DNA from: Selaginella moellendorffii
Lineage: Eukaryota > Plantae > Lycopodiophyta
DNA: 64,000 nucleotides
Assembly: GCF_000143415.4 (NCBI RefSeq)
Contig: NW_003314262.1
Span: 18,183-82,182 of the forward strand
Reading direction: 5' to 3'
Positions 36,410-49,400 of this stretch are shown piece after piece (the first letter of the stretch is position 1; every line of letters starts with the position of its first letter). The position numbers and the translations under genes were made by a program. The notes below the pieces were generated by a model. The model saw only the letters and a list, made by a program, of their open reading frames with translations. It searched no databases and had not been told where the DNA came from.

Positions 36410-38279
36410 TGTTGCAAATATGACTATAGGTATTGAAATTTATTTGTCAACTAATTTTTTCGAATATTCTTTCCTTATTGCCACGATGGTAGGAAGTCAG
36501 TATTGCTAGATCCTTATTAGTCTCCATATAAGCTAGCGGAGAAACTGATTAATGCCTATGTACTTAAATTGGATAAACATAAAGTAGGAATTCCTATGTG
36601 TTTTTTGCTGAGCAGACTCAACTTAGTTTAAGAAACTCCTGGCATTGATTTGCAGTTACTAATGTTGGGAACCCCCACGATATTAAACTTAGTCTCTTAA
36701 TATTCACTAGATGATAACTTACCGTGTCTAGAGTGTTTAAGCCTAAGTTCCACACCATACTAGCTGATAGAATACCTATATCCTTGCATTAGGCCACTAA
36801 TATGCTGAAATAGTGCTAAACTCTATTTGGCTCTGTTTTGTCTGCTGGTCCTGGCATTGGGATGTTAGACGCTTTATAACTATTTCAAATTGCTTTGTGC
36901 TCTTGTCCCTTTGCTCCTTGGGCTATATGCTTGAGAGTTGTTTCATGCTCCAGTACCTTTGCTCCTTGGTTCTATGCTTAGAAATTTAGCTTTGTTCTTG
37001 TAGCCATAAATTTTTTTCTTTCCAATTTGCTAGGTTACCTTATCTATTTGACTATCACAGACTTGGCTTTAGTTAACTTCCCTCATTAAGGTTCCTATTT
37101 ATTGTACCAGCTTCTACTTGGTCCTACTTGGTTTTAGCAACTCATTACATAAGCAATAAAGCATTAGTTATTCATCCATGGTTTCCCAAATTTTCTCTCA
37201 ATCTCCCTCCCCAGGTTAGATTGGACTTAAGATTCGGCTATACTCCTTACAGGAATGAGTAGCCAAGCACACTAAACTTCCAAGTTCTTAGCATCCTTTG
37301 GTACAACAAAACTTGATCATGAGACCCTCTAAATCCTAAGCCTTGGGTGCAATATTTGCTTCAGGACACTAGAGGGAAACACTATGGTTTAATAGCCCGG
37401 TATGAGTACCCCTACTTCCCCACTTTCATCCCAAAGGAAAGGTCCAAGCCCCTAAGAGGGGTGAGGACTAATGAGCTATAAGGTATTTAAGTGGGGTACC
37501 ACTCCATATGAGCTGAGAGCACCGTAATTAGTTTCCTTTCCAGGAGTGGGAGTTACTCCTGAACACTTCCTTGGGTGGCCCCTCTGGCACCTCCTAAGTA
37601 TATACTCACTTCCACCTAAGGCCTCTAAGCTCTAGCCTCAACCTCAAGTTAGTTTGGAAACACCACTAAAGAGTTCATTCAAGACTGATTCCTACTATCC
37701 CTATTATACTTTTGGAACCCCCTACAGTGCCCCCCCAGGAGACATATGCTTTGGGCTTTCACCCCATAACTTGTATTAGTATTCAGACTTGGTCTTGAAC
37801 TCAATCTTAGACTCGATTTCTAACTTGACCTTGGACTTTGTCTTAGACTCAATCTTAGACCCAACCTCAGACTCGGTCTCGGACTCGGTTTTGAACTCAG
37901 TCTCAAACCCAATCTCAGATCTCAGACTCGATCTCGAACTCAGTCTCGGACTCAGTCTCAAACTTGGTCTCGAAGTCAATCTCGGACTCAATCTCAAACT
38001 CAGTCTTGAATTCAGTTTTAGAGCCAATCTCGAACTCGATCTCAGACTCAATCTCATTTGATGAACTTTTTATCATTTCAGTTGTGCTTTCGAGAATCCT
38101 TTAGCCTACAACACCTCAGGGAGTTAATTCTTTACAATTTCTTTATTCAGTGGCCCAAGACCCTAAAACTTGGGTTCCACTCCACTGTCCTTAAGGACAC
38201 GTGGCATGTGATATGTGGCATATGGCATATAGAGGGTTTAGGTTCTACTTTATAGTTATAAAATAAAAGGTGAAAACCA
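36410..38279 (+). mobile_element. Decayed B-type solo LTR (same subtype as 520-1538), interrupted by an A-family solo LTR
   Basis: Starts TGTTGCAAATATGACT, similar to TGTCGCGAATGTGACT. Degenerate TSD CATTA/CATGA. Confidence 0.75.
36999..38136 (-). mobile_element. Older A-family solo LTR
   Basis: Aligns end to end with the reverse complement of the A LTR, including the hexamer array at 37780-38055. Heavy CpG decay. Confidence 0.9.
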
Positions 38280-38449
38280 CATGAGCCCTTTTTTTTTATA
38301 TTTAAACCCCATAAATCATCTTTTAAATTGTTCTCTTTGATTGTTTACAATCCATTATATATATTTTTAAATTCATTCCTTTATAAATAGAAGTTGAAAG
38401 CCATAGTGTAAACAATTAAATTTTTCCATTCTACTTTAGTCACTTAACT

Positions 38450-39940
38450 ATACCTCTGACCGCTTGGAGGAGTCTCATTCACAACCTCCATAAGTCCAAT
38501 TCAGGGCTTGGGACTTGTTCACCCCGAAAATGACATCCATACCACTTAACCTTTGCACTTGGTCCAAGTGCTCCACGTGTCCAACCCCATGATCGACACC
38601 CCAAAGTACCACCGACCTCTCATCCCGTTATACTAAAGCCATGCCCATTTACTTTGGTCACACTGGTGGTCTAACACCATTTGCATCGCAGTCCTATCTC
38701 TCAAAGACTAGGCCATTTGTCCTTGTGTGATCATCCTAGATCCACTCCTTAACATCCTTAGGATGCCCACAGACATGGGGAATAGCCTTCCCCAACATTT
38801 CTTTTCCAGTCCCCACCAAGTCCCTTTCTGTCCATGGCTGGGTTTGCCAACACTGCCACTAGATTGAGGCCCGTAGGCCCAACCTCTAAGTCCACTATCC
38901 TTTGGGACTTCCTCACCATGTGACGATGTCCTTAGTCACTACACTAGAGGATTGCTCCTCTTCTTTTTTATCGTCTGGGACTTTAGGACAACATTTCGGA
39001 ACACCATAGCCTTACGTGAGCCTCATGGGTATTCTTCCCACCTTCTACCTTTGGGTGCTCTAGCTATGGGCTTAGAGCGAGGTTCCGTTAAGCCACATCA
39101 GGTATCCAAGTAGGTAGTGCCACTTACACTTGGATTGGGAGCATCGGCTAGTCGATTTCCTGGGGGAACTAGAGCCGGTTCTTGAACACTTCACCAAGCT
39201 ACCCCACTTGTCAGTCTGTGTTCACTCTAGTCTTGGACTTCCTAGTGGGTAGCTCATCACCTAACACTACGTACAACCTTCCTAGGCCAAACTAGCCTTT
39301 CTTGGCCAAACTGGCTCCACTGCAGTCCTCCCCCTACTATACTTTTGGAGCTCACCAAACCCCCTAGGTCTGGGAGACGAATGCTTTGGGCTTTCACCCT
39401 CTCAGACTTGGACTCAAACTTGGACTCAGACTTGGACTCAGACTTGGACTCGGCTTTGGTCTCGGTCCCAGTCTCGGTCTCGGTCTCGGTCTTGGTCTCG
39501 GTCCCGGTCTCGGACTCCATCTCAGGTCCTTCTCGGACTCCATCTCGGGTCCATCTCAGACTCCATCTCGGATTCCATCTCAGTCCATCTCGGACTCTAT
39601 CTTGGGTCCATCTCGGACTCCATCTCGAGTCCATCTCGGACTCCATCTTGGGTCCATCTCGGACTCCATATCAGACTCCATCTCGGGTCCATCTTGGACT
39701 CCATCTCGGACTCCATCTTGGGTCCATCTCGGACTCCATCTCGGACTCCATCTCAGACTCCATCTCGAGTCCATCTCGGACTCCATCTTGGACACTTCTA
39801 TGTGTCCTGTGTTGGTCCTTTTGGGTCTATTTTTAGAGCCTCGCTTATTGCTCGCTTCGGGCTCATTCCTTAAGCACTTTGTTGGGAGTTCCACTCCCGC
39901 TCTCGACCTTTCCAGTCGGAGCTTTTGGTCCAAATGTGTT
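38450..39940 (-). mobile_element. LTR-like remnant (family E) with a 6/12-mer tandem array; boundaries approximate
   Basis: (CTCCATCTCGGA)n-type array at 39401-39790, next to the GGGTGAAAGCCCAAAGC..AAAAGTATAGTAGGG module (39331-39399) in the same order as in LTR A. Confidence 0.6.
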
Positions 39941-40255
39941 ACGCTCGTTTGGCTTTTGTTTCGGCCACTACCACATGGCACCCTTCCGGCTCCACTTTGG
40001 GGAATAGGGATTTTGTGTCTCACACATAGCTTTCCCGAGAGCCTTTCTCTCTTGACACCCTACCTTTCGAATTGAGCTTAGCCGAAAGTAAACTAGACTT
40101 GCTAGATGTCAATCTCAACATATGGTATAATTCTCTTAACCCAACTAATAGAGTCGAACTTGAGACCCTCTCCTACCAGATGTTAATCTCAACATATGGT
40201 GTAATTTCCTTAAGCCAACTAAAAAAGTTGGACCCAAGACCTCTTTAATACCAAA

Positions 40256-40424
40256 TGTAAGCTCTTGAATTTAAACTTCCCGGGAGGTTATCTAGCCTAG
40301 TATTATTTAAACCCAAAGACCCTTAATTGATTGAAAAAAGGGGTGCATATTTATTCATGGCCCTTTCCCTTTATATTTGAACTTTATAGATTGTTTTTCA
40401 AGTCATTTTCTTTGGTTGCTTATA
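40256..40424 (-). mobile_element. Short family D LTR with adjacent PBS-like site
   Basis: TGTAAGC...GCTTATA on the plus strand. The minus strand continues TT-TGGTATTAAAG. A two-copy ~74-nt repeat lies at 40104-40252. Confidence 0.65.
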
Positions 40425-42317
40425 GCTAGATCTAAAGTAAATCCTTAGAGACAATTAAAGCTACCCCTCATCTTCACCAATGTAGAATATAAAAATATAT
40501 ATATTAATTAACCCAAAAACCAATCAATCTGACAATTATCAAATCCCACTATGTTAATATTAGTATATAGTATCGTAGCCATACACTTAAACCTTACTGT
40601 ATATTAATATTAGTGTAGTGGGATTTTGATAGCCATCAAGTTTAAAATGTATTATTTAAATTATGGTAATTTTTGTACAACAAACAATTTGTTTGCCAAT
40701 CACTATAAAGTTTCTAGGTTGGTTTTGCTGGTCAAGATCCCCCGTGAGTGAGGATATGGGAACCAGGCTGGATTTGGGTGGAACCAATAATCGTAAGGGA
40801 TCTATCAAACAATGACAAGAAATTTTAATCAAGCTCTCAAGTCCGGTCCCTTTCCCAGTCGTCTCTAGCGTTATAGCTGGGGAGAAATTTTCGCATGGTT
40901 GGGAATGAAGATCGATCTGTGCCTTGCCAAAGACAAGTTGTGGGACGGATTGATTGATTGATTTATGAAATAGAAGAGAAAGAGAGAGAACATCTCACAT
41001 GAACAGTGCAGTGGAGTGTCCCTTTCTTGACAGAATGAGCTGAATCCAGCACACCAACAACAACAATGTAAGTAGCTAGGACGCGAAAAGAATTTATAAG
41101 GTTGGGGACACCTTTTTGGAAAGGTGACGACCGCGTTTGTTGGTCCCAGGGAAAGTTTTTTTCTGACCTAAGCTCTCCGAATATCCGGTCTTTGAATGCG
41201 ATGAACCTTCCGAGGAGATCAGATCACCCGACAGCACAGCTAGCCAGCCTGTGTTTGAAAATTCACCCTCTGGGATTAAAATCTCCGCTTTTTTTACCAC
41301 ACACCCCTCCAGCCCATTTCCAGCCGTGGTGAAAGCGTCCGTGACAACAAACAGGCTTGCTTTTGCAGTGAACAAACCCACTTTACTTTATTTTTTTACT
41401 GCGTTTTGCAGGCTCAACACACACACACCATGCCGTATGTGTATATGTGCCTGAATGTGATATCTGTGCCACAGCATGGCAAGTCACCATGATATGTGTG
41501 CCAGAGCATGACAAGTTACCAGGAAGCTTCCCTGCGAGATTTAAATCTCGAATTTGAATCATCAAGAACCATGGCCTCCAAAACCAAATATAGTTTTATT
41601 TCCCCTCTAAACTAGATGCACACGTAAAAACTATGCTAGTCAAGGTTTGTCACCAATCATTGCACTGCTTACGAAAGAAAGGTGGCAGCTCAGCGGCAGC
41701 CAAGCCGCCAGTCCAGCGGTAAGATTTGGAAATTCCTGGAATATTTAAGGGGAATTTTTTTGGCCCTGCAGGCACCAGTGGCAGGCTCGAATCCAGGCAC
41801 TATTGTTAACATTTCCAGTGTGTTACGTCGTCGGCAGGCAGGCCCCCGGGCCCCGATTAAAGTAATAATACTTTGGGATTAAAGTAATCGGGTTATCTCC
41901 ACCTGCTTAAAAGCGCTGGAGAATATCTTGACCGCGCAGCTGGCAGCAAAGAAGCTGCCTAAACAAAGACCCTGGGCTTACGTTAAGCACGGGCCGTACG
42001 CTCGTACGTAACACGCTGGACGAATCCCGGCGTGGCGATTGTCTTGTTTTTATTTTCCAGCTCATGCCATCCTGTGGGAATAAATTCCTGGGCAAGGGGT
42101 AAGAAAATTTGAACCAATTTACCTTTACGAACCCATACTACATGTCATCATTGCCATGGTGACGTGGCGCCAGCATGGCCAGCGTTTATAAGCGTGGCCG
42201 GGCCGTGGAGCTGGAACATCGATCGAAGAACGCAACAGCGAGGAAGAAGAAGGCGCTCTTGGGAATTCCAAAGGGAATATCTTGTGTGTGGCTCTTTTGA
42301 GATTCGCATTCGCGGCA

Positions 42318-43604
42318 ATGGGGAGGCTGGCCCTCTGCGTGTTGATCGCCACCATGGTGATCGTCTCCCAGGCTGCCCCTGGAAACTTCAACGATCTCTT
42401 CACCTCCAACAACGATCACGTCAAAGTGGATGGCTCTGGCCAAGTTCGTCTCGTCTTGGATCATCAATCAGGTTGATTCTTTTGCCTGGATCGATCGCAT
42501 TGCAATGCTCACGCTCTCTCGGGCTTTGGGTGTTTGATTCCTTCTCTTCCACAGCTGCTGGCTTCGCGTCCAAGAACAAGTATCTCTTCGGCAGAGTGAG
42601 CATGCAAATCAAGCTTGTTCCCGGTGATTCTGCTGGAACTGTGGCAGCCTACTACGTAAATCTCCCAAACTCGCGCCTATCCATCGCCATTTCTTCCGCA
42701 TTTCTGACCGTGGAGTTGCTTGTGACAGATGTCCTCGGACGATTACAGGACCCGCGACGAGATCGATCTCGAGTTTCTGGGCAACACGTCGGGCAATCCA
42801 TACATCCTCCAGACCAACGTCTACGCCAATGGCGTCGGCAACCGCGAGCAGCGAGTCTACCTCTGGTTTGATCCCACTGCCGACTTCCACTCGTACTCGA
42901 TCCTCTGGAACCAGAAGCAGATCGTGTACGTGATCACACCCATCTCGCCCATTTCCTCCGATTCTCTCCCTTTCGATCCACCCATCTCTCCGTGCTCTGT
43001 TTTCTTGGCGAGTTCTTTCAAACTTCTTTGGATCCATCGAGCAATGTGGTATCGCCCATCACCGCAAATTTCTTGTTCGATCGACCCACTGTTTCCTATT
43101 CTTTCCTGGGTCCTCTGGATCACTGTTTGTGCTCAATGTTCTTGCGATTCTTTTGGGATTCCTTTGCTTGGTGCAAGCTAGCTAGAAAGACTGATTGATC
43201 GTGGGCTTTGTCTTTGCAGATTCTTCGTGGATTCCACCCCCATTCGCGTGTTTAAGAACAACCAGGACATGGGCCTGCCTTTCCCCACGAAGCAGTCAAT
43301 GGGAGTCTACTCGAGCCTGTGGAACGCCGACGACTGGGCGACCAGGGGTGGACTCGTCAAGACCGACTGGAGCCACGCCCCCTTCATCGCCTCCTACAAG
43401 AACTTTGATCTTGACGCGTGTCAGGCATCGTCGGGATCGTGCGGCCCAAACAGCGGCAAATGGTGGGACTCGTCCGCCTGGCAAGCTCTCAGCCCCAGCG
43501 ACGCAGGCAAGCTCAAATGGGTCAAGAAGAACTACATGATCTACAACTACTGCACGGATTCGGCCAGATTCCCCTCCAGACCTGCCGAGTGCGCGCGTGA
43601 CTGA
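42318..43604 (+). CDS. XTH: Xyloglucan endotransglucosylase/hydrolase (GH16), 4 exons: 42318-42471, 42555-42655, 42729-42925, 43220-43604
   Basis: Signal peptide, catalytic [10 protein letters not shown] motif, [11 protein letters not shown], conserved 101-nt exon 2, GT-AG introns. Confidence 0.96.
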
Positions 43605-43631
43605 TCCATCCATCCATCCATCCATCCATCC
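43604..43631 (+). repeat. (ATCC)n microsatellite in the XTH 3' UTR
   Basis: About 7 tandem ATCC units. Confidence 0.9.
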
Positions 43632-44389
43632 GATCGATTTGTGAAGAAATGCGCCCCCAAAATCAATCCTCTTCCCATTCCATCCATCCACCCATCCATC
43701 CGTATACATAGTTCGCATCGCTTCGATCGATTCCCCTCCGCGCGCGCTCGCGCTCGCAGGATTTCTCCCTTGCTCGCTATGTTTCTGGATCGCGGAAAGC
43801 CGCTGTGTGTGGTGATTGTAAAAGAATAAACGGAGAAAACCATCTTGTTTCATTCTACTCGTTTGATTTCGTGGCGGACTTTTACCCGATCAAATTCAAT
43901 GACCAACAGAACGCTGGAGCGATCAGACTGGATCGAATTGAAGGAGTGGCGATGCGAAAAAAGGAAATGAGATCTTCGCTTGTTTTTCTGGTGGGAAATG
44001 AATGCAATGCCCACAGCCACGCGAAACCCTAAATTTCGAATGGTGAAAGATGGACGGTCACGATAAGGGGCTGCCTCAGACAGATCTCCCGCCGTCCAGT
44101 CGCGAACGGTGGCGATGGGACCAAAGAGTAAGGGAAAAAAATTTAACCTGATCAGCTTGTTTGTGTGCGGTCGCGGCTATGGCGTGCGGGTGCGCCGCTT
44201 CTCTCCATTCGTGCGCGCTGCTTCTACCGTCACGGCGCCAGATCTGGTGAGAATCTCGCTTCCCTAGTTTGCCAGCGCCCCGGTTTCCAGCGATCCAGGA
44301 AATGCTACGGCCTAGGGGTTTGTATTCCGCGGCTGGGAGCTTGAATTCTCGATGAAGCTGCTGCCTTGCCGCAAGAGGATCCCATTGTG

Positions 44390-45848
44390 ATGGCCGGAAT
44401 GAACCCACCAATGGAGCTCAGGAGCGAGGAGAATGAGGATGCTTGCCCGGATTCTTGGGAACTGGCCGATCTGGAGGAGAGTATGAAGCGGCTTGTGCCC
44501 GCTGGTTGCAGTCTTGGCCTCCACAAAGAGAGTGGCGGCGGCGACGATGATTCGGCACAAATTGACGAGTTCTTGCGTGAGGCGCTCCAGAATCCTCACG
44601 ACCGTATGACTAGTAAGTCTGTTTTTGGCATTTTCTTCTTTCCTAGTACCAATAATTGTGTTTTCTTTTCCAGTTCTAAGGCTAGAACACGACGTGGAGA
44701 GATTCGTAAGAAATCCAAAGCAGTTTCAGCTTGAGTTCCCTCCTATGGCGTCGTCCTACTTGCGCCTAGCAGTTCACAGGGTAGCGCAACACTACTACCT
44801 TATAACTTCGGTGATTGACAGCAACGTGGAAGGATGCAGGATCATAGTCCGGAAGAGTGGGGAGAATAAGTTTCCCTCGATCAGGCTCGCGGACATTCCT
44901 GTTGCCGCGGATGGTGGCAGCAACTCCAACACCAAGTTTGTGATCAAGCAGAGACCACAGGCTAGTTTTATATCCGGTGGAGATAGCAGCGGGGCTGCTA
45001 GTGGATCCGGAAGCAATGCCTCCAAGAGTATGGAGGAACGGAACGAGGAGTATAACAAGGCCCGAGCCAGGATTTTTCGGCATGAGCAGGAACAGAGAGC
45101 TTATGACGAGCTGCTGGAAGTAGAGAAGAGGAAAACTGCAAAGGTGATAGAAGTAAGAGAGAGCGCTTCAACCCCCGAGCAGGGAAGGCAGCGGATGAAC
45201 GCCGGATCTGGCAGTAATAGCTGCAGCAGCAGCAGCAGCAGCAGCGGTGGCAGCGGCAGCAAAGCAGACAAAGATCAATCCAGCAAGTCGAGGCAAAAGG
45301 TTGCTATATTCCGTGACCGAGAGAAAGATCGCAAAGATCCCGATTACGATCGGAACTATGACAGGTATAAGTTCTTAGCCGAGGTTACAACCTTCGTTGA
45401 TGCCTTTCTTTGCATTTGCAGGTATTCACAGCGGTTTGATCCAGGTTTTGGACTAAACCAGCCACCAGCCTTTGGTATGCAAGCTCGGTATACTCCTGTT
45501 GTGAATTATAACACAGAGTTTCCCCAGCTTGGCTGTCCTCCTGTAAGGCAAATGCCACCGCAAGTAACCAGTCAATCGGGCTGGAGGCACGCATACCAAC
45601 AACACCAGGATATGATGCGAGCCCCGGCACCGTTTAATCCTCCGCCACCGCGGGTGTCTCCACACACCAACATGGCGACTTATATGTCGCAGTACCCATA
45701 TCCTCGGCCTTCTATGGCCTATCACTACTCTTCGCAAGTTTCTCAGGCAAGTCTAAATCTCGTTGCTCGTTCTAGTAACTTTGTTTTTCTAACAATCGCC
45801 GATTCTTTCCAGCCTGAAGCTGGTTCTACACAGGCTCGTCGCCATTAA
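44390..45848 (+). CDS. R3H and SUZ domain RNA-binding protein; exons 44390-44612, 44674-45364, 45422-45746, 45813-45848
   Basis: SYLRLAVHRVAQHY (R3H) and KSMEERNEEYNKARARIF (SUZ). Telo-box AAACCCTAA at about 44024. Confidence 0.9.
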
Positions 45849-46417
45849 ATGACCAGGCCTTCCCTGCTTCCGTCGGTGTCCAACGAAGAAGATAGACTCG
45901 ATCGATGCGTCGGCTCAATGCTGAGGACGGAGCAGGGAATCTCTCGAGGAGCTACACTGTTATAGCTCTTCGTCACGCCAGTGCGCTGCAACTCTCACGG
46001 TGTTCGTGGTGACTCCACAGAAGCCACAAGCCAAAACTTGCGAGGCCGCTGCAAGCAATCAAGCGAGCAAGCAAGGCATCACGCAATCTTTCGAAATGGT
46101 ACTTCGCTTTTGTTTCTTCTTTTACTAGTTGCAGGACTGATTCTCTTCCTTTTCGTTTCCAGGCTTTAATGTGGGATTGATTGATTGATCATCCATCTCT
46201 CACACCACACCGAAGTTTCGAGTTGGCAAAATTTGAGGTAACAGAATTTTAGCTATCACGAGCGCTGGTTCTTAAAATCGATCCATTTTGATTTCCAGGA
46301 TATGTATGAAGCTTGTGAAATTCCCTGGAAAGCCACCCAACCCAGTTAGCTAGGCAAAAAAATTTCAAAGATTATTTGAGCATATTCTTTTTTCTTAAAC
46401 CCTAGGAGAAATGCCTG

Positions 46418-49400
46418 ATGTTGAGGACGAGGGCGGCGCTTGATCGTCTGCTGCTCCATTCTCGATCGTTTCTTCCCATTGATGGATCATCGCAGCTGCC
46501 ATGGCAGGCGCCTGCATTGCAGTCGATCGTGTCCCGCGTCGCATTTGTCAGGCACAAGTATCACAACAGGATTCGCCCCCATCTCATGCAACTCGGCGTC
46601 CGCAAGAGCTATCGGCTGTATGAGCTCAAGATGGGGCTGGAGGAGAGCGACGACGAGGACGAGTTTCTCAATTACTTGCAGAAGGTCAGTTCGTGGTAGA
46701 ATTCCATAAAAAAAAGCATGGAATCGTTTGTTCTCTGTTTAACAGGAGGTCACAAGCACGTACATTGAGAGATGGAGACGAAGAATGTCTTTGCTTCTTC
46801 AGTCTTCCAAGAACGAGATAATGTCCATGGAAAGTAAAGATCTCAAGTGCTACAATGCTATAAGCTACATTGCCAAAGAGCTTGGTCTCTACATGTAAGT
46901 AAGCTTCGATCGATCGATCTTTTTCACTCTGGTCTTTGAAAAAAATTCTCTGTGGATTTTCTTGTTCTTTGCAGTAATCTCTACTGGAAAACCATCGTTG
47001 TCAGTAAGCTTCCTCTACCATTGTATAGACCGGACTTGGATCCGGATCGTCCGCAACGACAGGTTCGGATCTTCAGCTTCATCTTTTTTGGAATTATCTT
47101 CTTTCACTTCCAGGTTTATGTTGCACCAGCCACGTTTTTCAGGGTTAAAGCGTTTCTAGACGAGTATAAACGGCACAGGAAAGAGAAGGAAGCCAAGGTG
47201 GAGCTTTTTCCAATCGTTGCTACAGAACAACCCCCTCAGTCTCTTCCGGATGTTTATGATCCGCTAGCTGGCATTTTTGGCGATGCGAAAAAGAGCAAGC
47301 TCATGTTTGATAGACAACGCGCATGGCAGGTGCAGCCTCAAAAATAGTTTTGTTTGTTTTTCACTCAACTCTGATGATATTCAGGACTCTCGAGAGGGAC
47401 AAATAGCTCTTGGGTTTCGTAGTAAACTTCCAGCGTTCCAGTTAAGGTCTGCATTCCTCGAGTCACTGTCCCGTTGTCAGGTACTGGAGCGATGATCTAA
47501 AACATGAAATGTTTGTTGAAACTTTTCATACTAGTTCTTGGACAGGTTCTGGTGGTAACTGGAGGAACTGGCTGTGGCAAAACAACACAACTTCCACAAT
47601 ATATACTTGAATCTGAGATTGATGGTGGATGCGGTTCGTCGTGTAAGATTGTTTGCACCCAGCCCAGGCGTATCTCAGCTTCCTCTGTCGCTTTGAGAGT
47701 GGCGGAAGAACGCGGTGAAGTTCTTGGTGAATCTGTAAGTTTATAAGATCTGTAGAGCGTTTTCCTTACACATACTTCTGTATCCACAGGTAGGATATCA
47801 GGTGCGGTTCGACTCAGTGAGAAGCCGGTCTACGAGCCTACTGTTTTGCACCACGGGTATATTGCTAAGGCGGCTGATGTCTGATCCAGTTTTGAACGGA
47901 GTGACGCACGTAATTGTCGACGAGATACATGAGCGGGGTTTAAACGAAGGTTAGCTTTACCTTCTTTGTTTTTCTTTTTCAGATTGTAAACTTCCTTGTC
48001 CTTTCTAGATTTTCTTCTTATTGTTTTAAGAGATGTCATCCAGCGCCGTCCCGATTTGAAACTCATTCTTATGAGCGCTACTGTGGACGCTAAGCTTTTT
48101 GAGAAGTATTTCTTGGATTTGAATACTCGTTGCATGGATATACCGGTAAATAGTGTATTGTTTTTGTTTACTTGACTTCCGTATCACTGTTTCAGGGATT
48201 TGCATACACTGTGAAATCTTACTATTTAGAAGACGTTTTGAACATAACAGGATACAAATTGAGCATGCAGTCAAGAATGTGGAAGTATCTACGGCAAGCG
48301 CCTGAAGCCTCCGATCTGCGGGCTCATATTTCAGAGGAGAATATCGTCAGAGAAGCTCTTAATGCTGAAGATTACAGCAATGCTGGAGAAGAAAGTATCG
48401 ATTTCACCTTGATAGAGAAGCTACTCTGTCACATCTGCGAGCATGGCCAAGAAGGTGCGGTGCTGGTTTTTATGACTGGCTGGGAAGATATTTCTGCTTT
48501 GAGGCGTCAGCTAAGAACCCATCCTGTGCTAGGCCATCCTAGCCGAGTGTGGCTTCTTGCGTGCCATGGAACCATGTCGCCCGACGAACAGGTTAGTGAT
48601 CTATTTATCTTCTCAACTACGTGCTGGTTTTAACACTTCGAAGTTTTGCAGAAGAGAATTTTTGATCGTCCACCTTCACGTGTACGGAAGATCATCCTGG
48701 CAACAAACATTGCCGAAACTAGCATCACGGTTGAGGACGTTGTGTACGTTGTCGATATAGGAAAAGCCAAAGAGAAGAGCTATGATGTTGCAACAAACAC
48801 TGCATGTTTGCTGCCAAGATGGATTTCCAAGTCGTCTGTGCGCCAGGTAAATAGGAGGGAGTGTAAAACATCTTTTCTTTGACATACACTTGTGTGGTTT
48901 TGGTGGCAGAGGAAAGGCAGAGCTGGGCGTTTGAAACCAGGTGTTTGTTACCATCTCTATCCAGAATCCGTTTTTCAAGCGTTTGAGGACCACAATGAAC
49001 CTGAGATATTGAGAACAGCTCTACACAACGTATGCCTCAGGATTAAGGGATTGCAACTTGGAGATATCCAGACGTTCTTGGCAAAAGCTATAGAGCCTCC
49101 CAACCGACACGCAGTGCACATCGCCATAGAGTTCTTGAAGGTGATTGGTGCATTGGATGAAACAGAAGAGCTGACGGTTCTTGGTAAGTCTTTTTTTTTT
49201 AATCAACTTATGGTATTGATTGGATTCGTCCAGGAAAACATCTAGCAATACTTCCAGTTGAACCGCAGATTGGAAAAATGTTGATCATGGGGTGTATTTT
49301 TCAATGCCTTGATCCCATGCTTACTATTGCTGCTGCACTTTCGTCCCGGGATCCATTTATTCTTCCCGTGGACAAGCGAGAGGTTTGTGCTGGATTGATT

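Larger units (their letters stand above)
36281..38349 (-). mobile_element. Short family D LTR interrupted by a B-type solo LTR
   Basis: Halves 36281-36409 and 38280-38349 join to match the D copies at 40256-40424 and 63562-63753. Confidence 0.7.

Noticed and set aside
39401-39790. Possible CRISPR-like array
   Set aside because: Contiguous 6/12-mer tandem units with no unique spacers, in eukaryotic context.
39257-40075. Repeat-protein ORFs (also 19121-19459, 32880-33182, 37776-38061)
   Set aside because: By-products of stop-poor hexamer arrays in LTRs.
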